From: Candidatus Iainarchaeum sp.
GTDB taxonomy: Archaea > Iainarchaeota > Iainarchaeia > Iainarchaeales > JAFCCJ01
Assembly (NCBI GenBank): GCA_043816965.1
Contig: JBDRHK010000081.1
Coordinates: forward strand, 1 to 16,945
Reading direction: 5' to 3'
DNA length: 16,945 nt
In this document: piece by piece, positions 15,084-16,945 of the stretch
Layout of the letters: every line of letters begins with the position of its first letter
How positions within the stretch are numbered: position 1 is the first letter of the stretch
Notes under the pieces: generated by a model
Database searches by the model: none
The model's input: only the letters and a program-made list of their open reading frames with translations
What the model was told of the DNA's origin: nothing
Program-made: the position numbers and the translations under genes

Positions 15084-15143
15084 TAGGAGAAAAGTTCAGT
15101 GCCCTGACTAGCCTTTATATTGTTCAAAGGCAGGGATTAAAAT

Positions 15144-16379
15144 ATGGCTGAACTAGTCTCCATCCATCAGAAATATGAAGACGTTAATGCGGAATTTAAC
15201 AGGATTGGGAAGACTCTTTCTTCCCATAATTCCGCCCTTCTTCACAACTTTTATGAAAAGCATTACCTGAAGGAAGGGCTGAGCAAATCCCGGGCGATTA
15301 AATCCCTTATTACCCTCCGAAAATTTGCCGAATTCACGGGCAAGCCGTTGGACAAAATAACTGAAAAGCAGATTGAGGCATACAACATTAAGCTGGTTAA
15401 GGATGACAAGAGCCTGTTTACGATAAGCGATTACAAGAAAATAATCAAATGCTGGCTGCGCTTTTTGGGGGCGAAGAAAAACTGGAACCTTATAAATTCA
15501 AGGGAATTGAAGTGCAAGAATCCCTATGGAAATGGGCACGCATTACTGCCTTCTGACCTTCCTTCTGATGAAGAGGTTTTGCAGATATTCAGCCTTGCGA
15601 GCTCCCGGTTGCGCTGTGTTCTGTCCTTATGTGAGGGAGCGGGATTCCGGATTAGCGAGGCAGCCACAATGAGAATAAAAGACCTGAAATGGAATGAAGA
15701 TGGCTCTGTCCATGCAACCGCCCGGCAGAGCAAGAGCCAGCAAAAGACTGTTTTAGTGCGGCCCGATTTGGCTTATTATATCAAGGCATGGCTTAATACC
15801 TTGCCAGAAAATAATGAGGATTTCCTCCTTTTTGCCGACCCAAAGAAGCCTAACCAACCCATTCAGTATGCCACCATAAACAAAGAACTGAAGAAGATTG
15901 GCGAACAGTTGGGCTTGAGGAAAAAAAGAAAAATGGGTTTTCATGCCTTTCGGCACAGGCACGCCACTTGGGCATTGGGGCATATGAACCCAATAATGGC
16001 TAAACTTCGAATTTGGAATAATAAAACGACAAGGATGGATGGGGTTTATGGGGCCTTCTCCAACGAGCAGGTTGATGAGGAATTTCGTAAGGCTAATGGG
16101 GATGTTGTTGTCGATAAACCGAGGGACGTGATGAAGGAAAATAACCAGATTTGTTTTAAATGCAAGGTCGCATATCCCGGCCATGTAAAAGTATGCCCAA
16201 TTTGTTCTCGGTCATTGGATGTGGAGAAAATGATTAATGAGAAGGAAGAAGCAGAACGAGTGCAGGTTGACCAACTAGTCAGGATAATTGACGCTTTGCT
16301 GGACGAGCGATTAGGGAAGGACAACGGAAAACTGAAGACAATTCCAATTTTAGCCAGCCTGAAAAAACAAGGTTTATAA
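15144..16379 (+). CDS. Tyrosine recombinase/integrase with C-terminal zinc ribbon
   Basis: GFRISEA (R), QSKS (K), FHAFRH (HxxR), RIWNN (W at the H/W position), GVYG (Y); CFKC...CPIC. Confidence 0.92.
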   Translation: MAELVSIHQKYEDVNAEFNRIGKTLSSHNSALLHNFYEKHYLKEGLSKSRAIKSLITLRKFAEFTGKPLDKITEKQIEAYNIKLVKDDKSLFTISDYKKIIKCWLRFLGAKKNWNLINSRELKCKNPYGNGHALLPSDLPSDEEVLQIFSLASSRLRCVLSLCEGAGFRISEAATMRIKDLKWNEDGSVHATARQSKSQQKTVLVRPDLAYYIKAWLNTLPENNEDFLLFADPKKPNQPIQYATINKELKKIGEQLGLRKKRKMGFHAFRHRHATWALGHMNPIMAKLRIWNNKTTRMDGVYGAFSNEQVDEEFRKANGDVVVDKPRDVMKENNQICFKCKVAYPGHVKVCPICSRSLDVEKMINEKEEAERVQVDQLVRIIDALLDERLGKDNGKLKTIPILASLKKQGL

Positions 16380-16427
16380 ATTTGAAAAAGCATTAATTAT
16401 ATTGTAGCACTGATTTTTGCTTCTGAA

Positions 16428-16565
16428 ATGGTTGAAATGGTGACTTGGTTATCATTTCCAACTGAGGAATTCAGGAAAATTGAGGAATTGCTTGAGGAGG
16501 TTCGTAGGGTGCCCATAAAGCGCTACGAAATAAGAATTCCTCACAGGTTACTGAGGGGTAGATAA
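16428..16565 (+). CDS. Small hypothetical protein (45 aa, MVEMVTWLSFPTEEFRKIEELL...)
   Basis: Hand-translated; purine-rich coding-like composition; TATA-like TTATAT upstream. Confidence 0.45.
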   Translation: MVEMVTWLSFPTEEFRKIEELLEEVRRVPIKRYEIRIPHRLLRGR

Positions 16566-16658
16566 ACTGCCCTCCAATCCAATTTTAAGGACTTTTGGTC
16601 AGAAAATAATCTGAAGAGTTAGCATCCCTTGAAAGAAATGGGGAGTGAGGAGAAATAT

Positions 16659-16808
16659 ATGAATCAAAAAGGACAACAAGTTTCAGCTATTGCTGTTTTT
16701 GGTGTTGTTGGTGCCATATTAGGCGCACTTTTTCCAATATTTGGGGCAAATACGCCAATAATCGGTTTGGTGGTCGGACTTATAGTTGGTTATTTCATAG
16801 AACGGTGA
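16659..16808 (+). CDS. 49-aa two-helix hydrophobic protein with class III-like signal (MNQKG/Q)
   Basis: Hand-translated MNQKGQQVSAIAVFGVVGAILGALFPIFGANTPIIGLVVGLIVGYFIER*; GAGGAG RBS. Confidence 0.7.
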   Translation: MNQKGQQVSAIAVFGVVGAILGALFPIFGANTPIIGLVVGLIVGYFIER

Positions 16809-16812
16809 TTAT

Positions 16813-16945
16813 TTGGATTTAAAATCAGCCTATATTGGGGTTTTTCTTATTGTAATTGTCATAACTATTTTATTTAGAAAATTTATTTTGAAAAAAGGTT
16901 TAAATCACACTTTCTATTTTGCGGTGATTATAGGAACTTTTGCAG
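16813..16945 (+). CDS. Membrane protein, N-terminal part (runs off the window)
   Basis: GGTGA RBS then TTG; open hydrophobic frame MDLKSAYIGVFLIVIVITILFRKF... to the window end. Confidence 0.55.
   Translation, partial: MDLKSAYIGVFLIVIVITILFRKFILKKGLNHTFYFAVIIGTFA

Larger units (their letters stand above)
15084..16945 (+). mobile_element. Left end of an integrated element (provirus, plasmid or island) at tRNA-Glu
   Basis: An integrase begins 60 nt after the tRNA 3' end and is followed by small orphan ORFs; the distal att site is not in the window. Confidence 0.7.

Noticed and set aside
16891..16905. AAAAAGGTTT as a second copy of the tRNA-Glu leader palindrome
   Set aside because: Only a half-site, and it lies within the open membrane-protein frame (KKGL).
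1..16945. CRISPR array or rRNA
   Set aside because: No regularly spaced repeats or rRNA-like sequence were seen.

Overview
Archaeal chromosome segment, probably from a small-genome DPANN-type lineage (inferred from TATA-type promoters, GGTGA RBS motifs, archaeal tRNAs lacking encoded CCA, and a box C/D sRNA). From left to right: the 3' end of an IS transposase; a secreted protein; trkH-trkA; tRNA-His directly ahead of hisS; GT-C and GT2 glycosyltransferases with a thioredoxin-fold protein; tRNA-Thr(GGT) overlapped by an antisense LAGLIDADG endonuclease and followed by an orphan tRNA 3' half; a degenerate RpiA; a frameshifted paralogue of the first secreted protein; elongator tRNA-Met; a lipoprotein; a duplicated pair of small membrane genes; an ECF S-component plus DUF4430-like lipoprotein; a twin-arginine SLT-domain protein; a box C/D sRNA whose two guides both match the tRNA-Met in this window (predicting Cm34); and tRNA-Glu(CTC), with an odd duplicated and fold-back leader, followed by a tyrosine integrase that opens an integrated element. 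All assignments are by eye from motifs; no searches were run.
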